From Geosiphon pyriformis uo1 (Eukaryota > Fungi > Glomeromycota): a stretch of DNA of 44,669 nucleotides. Of this stretch, positions 11,784 through 22,995 are shown piece by piece (positions within the stretch are counted from its first letter, which is position 1; the number at the start of each line of letters is the position of its first letter). Under the pieces are notes generated by a model. The model searched no databases, had not been told where the DNA came from, and was given only the letters and a program-made list of their open reading frames with translations. The stretch is from contig JAAOMT010000586.1 in assembly GCA_016748015.1 (NCBI GenBank), forward strand, positions 1,003,956 through 1,048,624, given 5' to 3'. The position numbers and the translations under genes were made by a program.

Positions 11784-12472
11784 TTATCACATGTATTAGC
11801 CACTGATGTCATATAATTAGCCACCTTATTTTTAAATAGTAATCATTGATCTGATCAACGACCTAACTGTTAACTTGATCATTGACCTGATCATTGACCT
11901 GATCAATGACTTAATTGTTGACCTGATTATTAACCTGATCATTAACCACTTTCAATAGATATATAAGTGATGAGTCTCTTAGCTGTAGAAAAATATCAAT
12001 GTAAGGAATCAAGACAATCAAAAAAATAAAATAACAAACTTCTATCTCAAACATTCTCTTATTGCTAATTTCTCTTTCCCTACCTTCAAGTATCTGAACA
12101 TCTTTTGGATAAAAGATTACTTGTTGGCACTTTCTTAAAACATGTAATTGCAGTATTTGAAGATTATTTAAATAAACGTGACTGAAGAGCACAAGTTGAT
12201 ACCTGATATTAAATTTTAAGAGCACCAATGTGAGGCATAGAATTATAGCAGTTATCAATTGTTGACAGTACGGACTATTTCTTTATCTTTAGATTCTCTT
12301 GTTACCTTTTAAAAAGAATAGTAACTGAGATATTTTATGAAACTGATCTCACACATTAAATCCATACTCATTCAATTCGCTCATTGAAGTTGAATTCTTT
12401 TTGATTATTTCTATTACCCTACAATTCTGTTCTCCTTTGCTATCTATTAGTTTGTTACTCCAACCCATAATA
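11753..12472 (+). repeat. 3' LTR (720 bp) containing 8 x 12-bp tandem units
   Basis: TGTTATGG...CCATAATA (CA>TA); extra 96 bp at 11845-11940. Confidence 0.95.
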
Positions 12473-12476
12473 ATAT

Positions 12477-13392
12477 TATAATATATTAATTAATTATTAA
12501 ATAATAATATAAATAACACAAATCAATAAATAAAATTAGAAAATATAATGTGTACAAAATAGTATACAAAATATGCACAAATACATTCAATTTAATATAA
12601 TTACAAACAAGTAAACCAAAAGATACTTACAATTAAACAAAAAATTCAATAGTTTAGCAATTACTTATTAATTAATTAGATTAAACACAATTATATATAA
12701 TTTGTATATATATAACTTTTTAACTAAAAAAAAACAGAAAAATAAGAAATTAATTAAACAAAATAAAAAAAAAACAAAAAAATTAGATTATAATTTCAAA
12801 AAAAGTTAAAAAGCATGCTTTTTAAGCTTTGTATTATAATATCCACTAATATTAAGATTAGTAAAATTGAAAATTTTTTATTTTTATAATTCAGGTCTCA
12901 AAAAAAACTCCTAAACTTCTGTTGCCATTTTTATTAATAAAAACAACAAAATACCCAATATAATAACAAAATACAGACAAGATTTAAGCTTAACAAAATT
13001 AAAACACATTAAAAAAATATTAATTATATATAATCACATAAAATTTATTTATAATAATATCTTGACCAAAATCAATAGTTAACTTAAAAATTCAAAATAA
13101 TCTTTAATCAAAATTATTTTTGAATATTAATTTTATTAAATTCTGTTTTTTTTAATCTTTTTTAAATTTATTAAGAATAAAATACTGTTTTATTACAAGC
13201 AAAAAAATACAAATGTTTAATATTAATACAATATAAAAAAAATATATATATAAGAGTCTTAAGAAAAATACAATTAAAAATATAAAAATATAACAAAAAT
13301 TCTTTTTAAAAAACTAATATAACAACAGTTACTAATAGTAATTTTAATAAAAACAATACACAAAATATTAAATTAAATAAAAAAATACTCAC

Positions 13393-13393
<1 letters not shown>
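12477..13393 (+). mobile_element. Highly decayed LTR-element relic that hosts the Gypsy insertion (continues from 4762-4803)
   Basis: Begins TGTTATCC at 4762 exactly where repeat C stops; A-rich strand with short tandem motifs like the other LTRs; no clean motif survives. Confidence 0.4.
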
Positions 13394-13427
<34 letters not shown>

Positions 13428-13551
13428 TTCTCTTGTTGATCCTCTGACCATGACAAGAGCAGAATTTTATCAAAGTTTTAATTAGTCTTTTTTCTCTTCC
13501 CCCTTGTTTTTTTTTCTAATTATTTCTTCTGACTTTTCTCCTTTTGTTGCT

Positions 13552-16297
13552 ATGAATCCAATGGGCACTTCTGTTGGTGGTTCTGGTATTGGTTTGGCTG
13601 GATTGGGGACCCAGTCTAATGATAAGAAAAAAGCTTGTATAGATAGTATGTACTTCTATGGTCCATTGTTTAAAAAGCTAAAGATGTCTGTAGCTGGTAA
13701 AGTAGTTGATTCATCTGCTGGCTCTTTGAGCTTAAAAAATATTAGTGATGCCAGTATTAAGTTTGTGGTGTTCTGGGACAGTAAAGTTGGCAGTGTTTCT
13801 AGTAGTGTAAGCAGTTTCTTGAATGTTAAAAATATGAAGAACACAGTCGTTGAAGAAACCAGTTATGCTAAATCTAGTAAAGACAATAATATGAATGAAG
13901 CAACACCAAGAAAAACTCACATGCAGACGTATGTGTTGAACAACTCACCAAAGAAACCTTTATTCGAACATATAAGTGACAACAATACTAAGTTGGTGCT
14001 CTCAGCACCTAAATTTGTTGGATTCAATTAGCTGTTATCTGCCAAGTCATGTGTTCTGAAAAAATGGTGCTTCGAACTAGTAAAATCATTTTCTTTGGAT
14101 GTGAAATTGTCTGCTGTGCCTAAAAAAACCAATAGTAATAAGTTAATTTCAGTTAAAAAAATTTTTTATCGGATTGATAATTTTGGAGGAGCTTCCACTT
14201 TTTCAAAATTCTCAGAAATCATTAAAGCTTCATTTACTTTGGAACTTAATATGAATAAGGCAAAGAAATTGGCAGTTTGTGAGAAAATTATTGTTAATAA
14301 TAATCTGAAAAGAGTAAATAGCCATTCGGATTGGAAAATAATTGTTAAGAAGATCCCAGTTAATATTCCCAAATTGGCTGTTGTGACAGTGTTTTCCAAA
14401 TTTGGTGAAATTGTTTTAGTTAAATTGCAGTTGGTTGGCCTGTGGCAAAAAGCTTTGATTGAGTTTAGGTCTGCTAAGGTTGTTATTATGGGGGTGTTTT
14501 CTTGGTATATTTTAATTGTTGATCTTCTGTTTTAATTGCAATCAGTCTCTCGTGAGTTTCTCTATTTTTATGTGTTGGATATTAATGATAATATACTAAA
14601 AGTTTTTTCTTGATGTTGTGATATAAGTCTTTTCTTTAATTCTAGTTGTCTTTGTATGTTGTATACTTCTTCTCAGAGACTAATCTGAAATCTACCCACT
14701 GTCTCGGGTCTTTTCAGAGACTATTCTTGCAATTGCCTGATGTGTTTCTCTAATCTAGAAACACAGAATGTTAATGGCTTTTTCATGATTTCTCTAAGTA
14801 TATAATAAAGCTTTTTTAATTTAATTAGTAACTATATGAATAATCTTGATCAGAGATTATTCTTTCAAAGAGTTCAGAGATGGAATGATAGTTTCATTTA
14901 TTAGAGAGGGTATGTGAATTCTATTGTTAATCTCATAATTGTGATGTTTATTCAATTTATTATTTTTATTAATTCTTTTTGAATAAGATTTTATTTAGAT
15001 ATTTGTTGCTTCTAGTTAAAACTGTTTTTTTTCATCATTAAAAACTATTGTATATATATATAATTATTGTTTTACAAAATAACATCTTATAATATTCTAT
15101 TTCTGTTATTTCTAAATAGTGCTTGCTGCTATTGTATGATAGTGCTTGCTGCTATTGTAAAATAGTGCTTGTTGTTATTTGTAAATTATTTCTTTTTATA
15201 AATTGTTGTTGTGCTATTTTATGATTGGCTAATTTATATTATTTATAATTCCTATTAAATTCTTGAACTGTAATATTGCCAATTTGGTTGCTTTTAAGTG
15301 GTCAGTTTTGGTGGGAAAAAATTTTGTGCATGTGGCATTGGCTATTGGAAATAGAGAGTTATGGATTTCAAAGAACATATATCATGCTCTGTTGTATACT
15401 TTTCTAATTAGCACATCTGCACATGATTTGTCTGAGTTGGTGGCATTTTATGGTGAGAAAACATGTTTTATTGGCCACAATCCAAATTCATATGTGTGTA
15501 ATAGGTGTGCTATTATTTGTTTTGAAAATAAGGCATCCAAATTGGTTGCTATTGGTTTGGTTCTAGTATTTAAGAGTGTGAGTTTGCATTGGGGTGGTTT
15601 TTCTCTGGCTTATTGCATTTGATAAAAACAATTTGGTTATATTACTGTTAACTATTTGGTGGATGAGAACTCTGCTGGTTATAAGAGATGGGTGGTGTCT
15701 ACTCAGAATCAGGTCTGCCTGGCTAGTATTTATAAAAAAAAACAGGCTTCTATTACTTGTTCCATCTCTTTTGGCAGTATAACATGGGTCCAAGTTGTTG
15801 GTAACTCTTTTTCTCATATGATTCCTTTGGTTACTTCTGGTTTTAGTGTGCTTTATAAAGAGAATTCTTCTTTAACAGATCCTCCTCCTTATGTTCTTGC
15901 TGGGTTAAATAATTGTTTAGCATCTTTGGAATGCTCCTTAAAACTTTTGACAGACCAGGTCTTTGGTATTATAAGAAAGTTGAGTTTTGTTGAATTGGTG
16001 CCTTTGACAATCCTCTCTCATACATCTTCTGTGGCTGCATCTGCAGCTGTTAAAGAGAATTTGAACTCAGATATGATGTTGGATGGCACTTTATTGCTTT
16101 TTGCTCCCCTTCTTCCAGTTGTGAATGATTTGGTCACTGGTCTTGGTCTGAGTAGCTTAAAGATATTAATCTCCAAGGTGAGTGGTTTGGAATCAAAGAT
16201 GGTGGCTTTGGAGGTGTTAATCAGATCTGTTTTGGATAGATTAGATGGTTTGTGCTTCAGTTTTAGTTTGCCAGCTCTCCTCCTCTCTTCTTCTTAA
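13552..16297 (+). pseudogene. LINE ORF1 (RRM-like plus coiled coil), split by a solo LTR
   Basis: ORFs 13504, 14095, 15263 and 15656 are homologous to copy 2 ORF1; removing the insert and one TSD restores ...SAKVANLVAFKW. Confidence 0.88.
14484..15275. mobile_element. Solo LTR (792 bp) inserted in LINE ORF1
   Basis: Ends TATTATGG...CTGTAATA (TGTTAYGG...CCRTAACA after transitions); 4-bp TSD TTGT/TTGC; internal ~23-bp tandem repeats at ~15114-15186; T-rich + strand suggests reverse orientation. Confidence 0.8.
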
Positions 16298-19200
16298 TGA
16301 GTGGTCTAGTATAGAAATTTGCTATATGTAATGTCTGAAGTATCAATATCTCTGCCAAGCAGGAGGATATTGTTTAATGACATAGGAAATTTGAGAATAC
16401 AGTTTCAATTGTTATGGAAACAAAGTTAAAGTCTAGCATTAGGCCATAAATCAGGGATAAGTTTGATAAAATTTGGGTCTTTACTTCTAGTTTGGATGTG
16501 AGTTTTGCTGGTGCTAGCATTGCTATTATCATGAATAATTCCTTGGCTTGTCACATTGCTAAAGTGGTGGAGGTTTTTGGTCAGGTTATTTTGGTATGTT
16601 TTTTGTTTAAAGGCAAGCTTTTGGTTATGATTATTAGTTTGTACGTTGGTGTTTCCTCTGTTGTTCGGTTTGAACAAGCATTAGAGGTTAACTCTGTCAT
16701 TGCAAATGCTGTTAACTCCAGCACTTTTGTGGTTTTGGGTGGAGATTTCAATGAAAATGAACTGAGTAGGATTGCAAGTTTTAAGTTTTGTCAGAGTTTG
16801 GGCTTGGTTAATTCTTCAATAGACATCCATTGGCCAAAGTTTCTACTTGGAGTAATTCATAAGATACTGAGAAAATTTTGAATTACATCTTTGTCAGTAA
16901 GAACTTGTTGTCAGCTGTTGCTGGTTATAGTGTCAATTCTGTTTCTGCATTCTTTGACACTGATTACAAGACTATTATGGTGTTAATTAGATTGGGTGAA
17001 TTTCTGAATGTTTGTTTGAATAGCTTGTACAAGCAGGCTAATAAAGATTGTTGGAAGTTCAAAATCAAAGATGCTAATAATGCCAAGTGGTTATGTTTTA
17101 AGGAGTGCTCTTCTGCCAAATTTTTGGCTATGGCCATAAAATTTTCAGGTGCTCAGGCTCATGCTAATGTAGATGATATGTGGGTGCTGCTGGAGAGATT
17201 GATGATTGAATCAGCAGATAAAATATTTTCAAGACATTGGTTTAGCAAATTTCAATGTTCCAGAAACAAGCTCTCTTCTAAGTTTTTTGGGTTAGAGCTG
17301 TTAGTTACAAAAATTGTCAAAAAATTGGGTCTGGGTGATATGTGAAAGGTAAATCGGCTTATTAGTGTATGGTCAAAGTTGGATAGTATTAAAGCTGCCA
17401 TTATTGCAGACATAATTCGGGATGGACAGAGGTCTTTGGATGTTCTTAGACAATTGTCATCATTTCACAAGACATACAGAAAGTCCAAGATATATGAATT
17501 GAAGTTGGCTGAGAAAATCTTAATTCAAGCAGCCATTGAAAGGTGCATGGAAAAGTTTTGTTCTAACAAAGGTAGTATGATTAGAAGTGTTTTGGATCAT
17601 CTTTTTTGCAAGATGGTTCTCAATCACTTGGTTGTTGATAATGAGTTGGTATTGGAGCCAGAAGAAGTAAAATTCAGTGTGGATAAGATCATGGAGAATT
17701 GGACTTGGCAACAAATTGTGTCTTTGGTTGTGCCTGATCTCTGGACTCATTAGTATGCACCATTGAGTTATGTGAATGATAATGCTTTTTTGGGCATGAT
17801 GGATTTAATCAGTATAAGCAAATTGATTTTAGTTATTAAGGATCTATTTGATAGCAAATCTGCTGGATTGTTTGGTATTTTCAATGAATTATGGAAACAC
17901 TATGGGAATGAAGTAGTGGGCTGTCTTTTGAGTCTGCTTAATACATACTTGAAAAAGAAAGTGGTTTCCATTTTGTGAAAAAGGGCCTGGGTTTTGATGA
18001 TTCCTAAACCTTACAATTGGAATGGGGTTTTTACAAATACTCATCCTATTGTCTTGATTGAAATGGCCAGGAAAGTTCTCTTCAAAATTCTTTTGAATAG
18101 GATCTCTTTTATATGTAGCAAGTTTGGAGTCTTTTATGGTAACAATTTCTTGGTGTTGAAGGATATCTTTACCCAATCTCCTGTGTTCACTGTTGGGTCA
18201 GTGATTGAGAATGCTCTTGAGAAAAATAAAGAACTCTGGTTGGTTTTGCAGGATATGCACAAAGCTTATAATTCAGTGGGGTGGCACCACTTGGAAGCGA
18301 GTTTGTGCCATATTAAAATGTGTGACAGATTTATTGAATTTTTTGGTGGCATTCATAAAGACAGGTTTAATAAGATGATAACTGATTTTGGTCTTTCAGA
18401 TAGCTACAGGATGCATGATGGTCTTGATCAGGATGAAATCTTTTCACTTCTTCTTTGGAGAATCTTTTATGATCCACTCTTGTGTAAAATTAAAAGGCAT
18501 GAACATTTGTGTAGATACTGGATCAATACTAAGTTTGTGGTGAAGACTAATAAAATTGAGAATAGTGGTAGAATGTTCTTTTTTTTTACAACTGGTGCTT
18601 TTGTGAATAATATGATTTGGGTTGAAGATTGCCAAGCTTCAATGCAGTATGCTTTAAATATTGCTAGTAAGTTCTTTTTAATCAATGATATTTTTATTAA
18701 TAATAAGAAAACAGTAGCCATTCCAATTAATCAGAATATTAGAATTGCTTTTTTAAGTATAAATAGTCAGCCAATTTCTATAGTCAAGAAGGGGGAGGCA
18801 CACAAATATCTGGAAATTTTTTTGTTGACTGACAGGTTGTCCAAACTGAGTTTGGCCAAGACTCATTCAGATGTTCAGTTTTTTGTCAACATGGTGCTCA
18901 GAAAGGCCATCACTAATAAACAATTCTCTTATTTAGTCTCAGCAGTCTTGTAATTCATTGTAAATTATAGGATGCAGTTTAGTTTTGTTTTATCTGAAAT
19001 GTGCTACAAGTGGGATGTTATGGTTAAGAAAGGTCTTAAGTCTAAGACATGCTTATCTTGTGACTTTTCTAGTAAGGCTTTACACCATCCCTCTCTGTAT
19101 GGTTTGAAATTTTTTGAGCAGGTACAATCTGAAAATAAAGTGGCTGCAGTGATCTCCTTTTCGAATACTTCAAGCATTCTTGGACATCTGTTTCTTCATT

Positions 19201-20973
19201 GTTTCTTGGATTTACAGATCCTTAGATAGACTCTTTTGAATCCTTTACAGTTTCCTGTTAAGTTGCTTATTAGTCCTGTAAATAATTTTTTAGCTGGTGT
19301 GGTTAGAATTTTCTTGAGTTGTGAATTGTCTTTGGTGAACAATTTGCCCTGTGCTTTTCATAGTTCTGGTAAATTTCCTATATCAATAATTCTGGAGAAT
19401 GCTTCATTCCTTAAAACATTATAAAGTTGTCTTTGGTAATAGACTTTTTGACAAAAAGGGTGGTATATTGAAGTGGAAAACATTCTGTCATTAGAAGAGA
19501 CTCAGCTCTAAGAGTCCTATTCTGTGGTGGTTCAATATTGCATCAAGATTTTTATGTGATAGAGGCTTGTCACTATTTGATGTCATAGGTCTTGGGCATT
19601 TTTTTAGCTATAATAATATTCTGGTTTCTGAACGGTTTGCTAAGGTGCACAGTGGTTTGCTTGAGATTTGGTCTGACTCATTTGATGTTTACATAGATGA
19701 CTCATTGAAATTTACTGGCTCTGTTAATGTTGTTAATGATACAGCTGCGTATTTTCTTGCTTTAGATATGGGAATTGGTGTTGGTGTTCATGGCCTTCTT
19801 TCTTCTACTATGGCTGAATTGCAAACTGTTGTTCTTTCTTTGGAATGTGTTTTTTCTTTCTTTTTGGTAGTTTTGCATCTTGACAGCCAGGCTGCTATTG
19901 ATGCGTGTTTGTCTGAGATCTCTTTTGATGTTCTGGATTTTCATAATCAGTATTAAATTGAAAAAAGACACATTTTTAATCTAATTAAAGATAAGGATCT
20001 TTTTGTGTATTGGGTCAAAGTTAAAGAGCACTCTGGAATTCCTGACAATATAAGAGCTAATGTCTTGGCTGGCGAAGTTGCTGGCTCTTCCTTCATATTA
20101 TCAGCAAGGGTGCATGAACACTTTTTAATGGCTAAGAACTCTGTTGTATCTAGCAATACCTGTTACTTTGTTAAGAATATTTTTTGTTTTATTTGTTGTG
20201 CTTGTTGAGAGGCTGGTCCAGGTCATGATGTGGTTCCAAGTACTATGTTAAAAGATTTCAATTGGCATGCCACTGCTAAGGTTTGGCATTCTGACTTACA
20301 CATGCTTGCTGGATTCACTAATCAAAAGTCTTCAGGTGTTCGCACATACATGATAAAAGTGATACATAAAAGGCTTCCAATAGCTGTAAGGAAGAGGTTA
20401 TATGATAAAAATTATCCTAGTGTTTTGTGTTTACTTTGTGGTGAGGTTGAGTTGCCAGACCATGTTTTTATCTGTGCTTGTGATGTGATCATTCATAATG
20501 AGATCTTGTCAAAGACCTCTGCTTGCTAGATTTCCTTGGTAGGTGTTTGTAATTTGGCTTTTTCTACTGTCTTGAAAACTTTTGTGCATTGTGCATCAGA
20601 TATTAGTCTGTACTCTGCTGTGTATAAAGAGTTTGTTCTGAAGGTTTGGTACATGGAAGCTGTTGAGATTTTTGATAACAAAAAGAAGACTTTCTGCACA
20701 GTAGTTGATTTTGTAAGGCATTTGGTTAAGTTGTATTGGTCTAAGGCATGGCTAGTAAGATCTAAATATAAAGTGAATATGGAAAAGGCTGGATTGGTTA
20801 AGGATGGCAGTTTGATATCAGACTTGTAACATGGAGTGTCTTCTCTGCTGTCAGATGGTGTGATTAGATTGCTTGGCATTGTTGAGTCTTTTGCTGTCAG
20901 TTTTGGCCATCATAAACCATGTCTCTTTTTTTTTGGACTTGATTGTGATGTGCAGATTGTGTTAGATGTATAG
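16297..20973 (+). pseudogene. LINE ORF2: APE endonuclease, RT, RNase H, CCHC finger (many stops)
   Basis: VLGGDFNE, FDTDY, LWLVLQDMHKAYNSVGW, GLDQDEIFSLLLW, VYIDDSL, ELQTVVLSLE, LDSQAAI, VKEHSGIPDNIRAN, CLLCGEVELPDHVFIC. Confidence 0.92.
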
Positions 20974-22599
20974 TGTTGCCTTGTCTGGCCTGAGTGGCTA
21001 GCCACATGTAGTAAGTGTGTGAGTATTATGTGCATTATTGAATTCAATACTTACTGAGACAAAACTTAAAATTTCAAGAATAAAACAAAACTTATATTAA
21101 AAATTAATCCTATATATTATATTATTTAATATACTATATTTTTGTTTAATATTAAACACTACTAATTTTTTTAATGAAGCTATCATAAATCAGAACAAAC
21201 CAATTATGACAATATATACCAATATTAAAGTAGAACAAATAAAAATTAAACTAATATTTAATAGTAAATTAACAAGTAGCATAATTACAAAACAGTTTAT
21301 AAATTAACTAAGTTATTAGGTAGATTGTACAGTTACTATTAGAATAATTACTATAGATAAAAATACCAAAACATTGATAGGAGAGATTAACAATTTCTTA
21401 TTTAAAATTCATAAAATTAAAATTATAACTAAAGTACTTATTATAAAAGCCATCCAATATTAAGCCTTTATAAAAAATAATTGGTTAATTAAAGTCTACA
21501 CTATGCTTGATTAGAATACCCAAAAACTCCAAATTACTTTTAATAAACAACATACTAAAGTATTTGTCATGTGTAAACATTTCAGAACAGTAGTTTTAAA
21601 ACAACTTTTAATAAAATTTAAAGAGCTTATTTCTTAGTCAATCTTGAAAACTTATCAAGTTTTTTGGGCTGACAATTTCAAAACAGATCTATCACCATCT
21701 TTTACATAAGAAAAAAAAGGCAAAGAAAAAATTAACAAAGAATCTTAGATATCATTATTAGTTTACTTAATTCTAAATTAAAAAAATCAATTATATTAAC
21801 TCCTAAAATTAATTTGTGTTAATTGTAAAAAAAAGTTAGTTTTAATGAGTGTCTGTATTAGAGATAATAAAATATGGCCAACTGCTACCAAATAATATTG
21901 TCATTTTTATATACTAAAATAATTTAAATAATCAAAACAGCAAAACAAATAGAACAATATATTATGTTTTATATATGACAAAATCTTATCAAATAAAAAA
22001 CTATAAAATAATGTTCTTGGCAGAGAAAAAAGATGTGATAAATTCTGCTAATACATTATTCTAATTAATAACTAAATCCAAAAAAAAACTTTATTTATTA
22101 TAGCTTATAGTCAAGCAATAAATTAACTAAATTTATACCTCTATAATAAAAAAGAAATTTGAAAAATAGCTACAGTAAAGTAAAAAAGTGCTATGATTAA
22201 AAAATACATGCCATAAAAAATACATTAGTAATTATCAAAAAAATAAATAATCTATTTACAGATAACTCTAAAGTATTTTAAAACCAGTATCAAAAACTTG
22301 TTTCTATTTAAAAAAAAACAAAAACAAAGATTAACTAATCTCAATACAAAACTGTGTAATTATTAATTGAATTTTTTTTATTTATAGTATTGTAATAAGT
22401 ATAATTTCTTGATTAATCTACTTTTATAAATACTATATACTATTTTTGAACTTAAAGAACTCAAAAAAAAGTATGCATTAGCAATTAAGAATACAACATT
22501 TTTAAAATCAAATATGACTACCAAAATAGAACAGTATTTTGTATATTCTAATCTTTTTAAAAAATCAGAACTAAAATAATATAATAACAACAATAAAGA

Positions 22600-22995
22600 A
22601 ATATGCTCCAAAAAAGCATATGCAAATAGTGTTGAATTTGATTTAAAATATTTTGGACAATTTTTTATAATTATAACACTCTATTTTTTTGTAAAAATAG
22701 ATTTCAAATTAGCTTTAAAAATCTCTATTAGCATTATAGTTCAAATAACATTTCAGTTTAGTCTTGCAAACAAAAAAATTAATGTTAAAGAAGAAATAAT
22801 TAATGCTGAATATATTGAAAATATAATTATAATGCTTTAAAACAATTCTAATAAGTCTTATATAATTGAATTACAAAAAAAAAGTGCACAAGCTATTTTT
22901 TTATTCTTTGTAAAGATTTTTTAACTACTTTTCATAATTATGTGCAAAAAATTAGGTCTTATTGTTTAAAAAATCCAAAAATTTGAGTCAAGTAG
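22600..22995 (+). pseudogene. dUTPase domain of the old Gypsy pol
   Basis: VEFDL, QFSLA, EEIINAEYIE, SAQAIF and *KIQKFESSR correspond to AGFDL, RSSLA, GGIIDAGYTG, IAQ and RGxxGFGSSG, in the right order and spacing. Confidence 0.82.

Larger units (their letters stand above)
4804..12472 (+). mobile_element. Full-length Ty3/Gypsy LTR retrotransposon, inactivated by nonsense transitions
   Basis: Paired LTRs, ATAT TSD (4800-4803/12473-12476), PBS, gag with CCHC knuckle, pol order PR-RT-RH-IN, PPT. Confidence 0.97.
13424..21022 (+). mobile_element. Non-LTR retrotransposon (LINE; APE-RT-RNase H), copy 1; 5'-complete, no poly(A) seen, 3' boundary approximate
   Basis: Collinear with copy 2 from the 5' TTTCTCTTGTYGATCC block to the 3'UTR hairpin. 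Confidence 0.93.

Noticed and set aside
11845-11940. CRISPR-like appearance of short repeats (also 3311-3410 and 43786-43825)
   Set aside because: Contiguous tandem units without unique spacers; eukaryotic context; no cas genes.
13394-13423. A30 run as the tail of another retroposon
   Set aside because: It lies 5' of the LINE and the upstream sequence is not a LINE 3'UTR; an A-rich target or G>A-eroded purine tract explains it.
13431-13450. LINE 5' end resembles the 18S start (TCTTGTTGATCCT vs CCTGGTTGATCCT)
   Set aside because: Short match, weaker in copy 2 (GTCGATCCC); likely chance.
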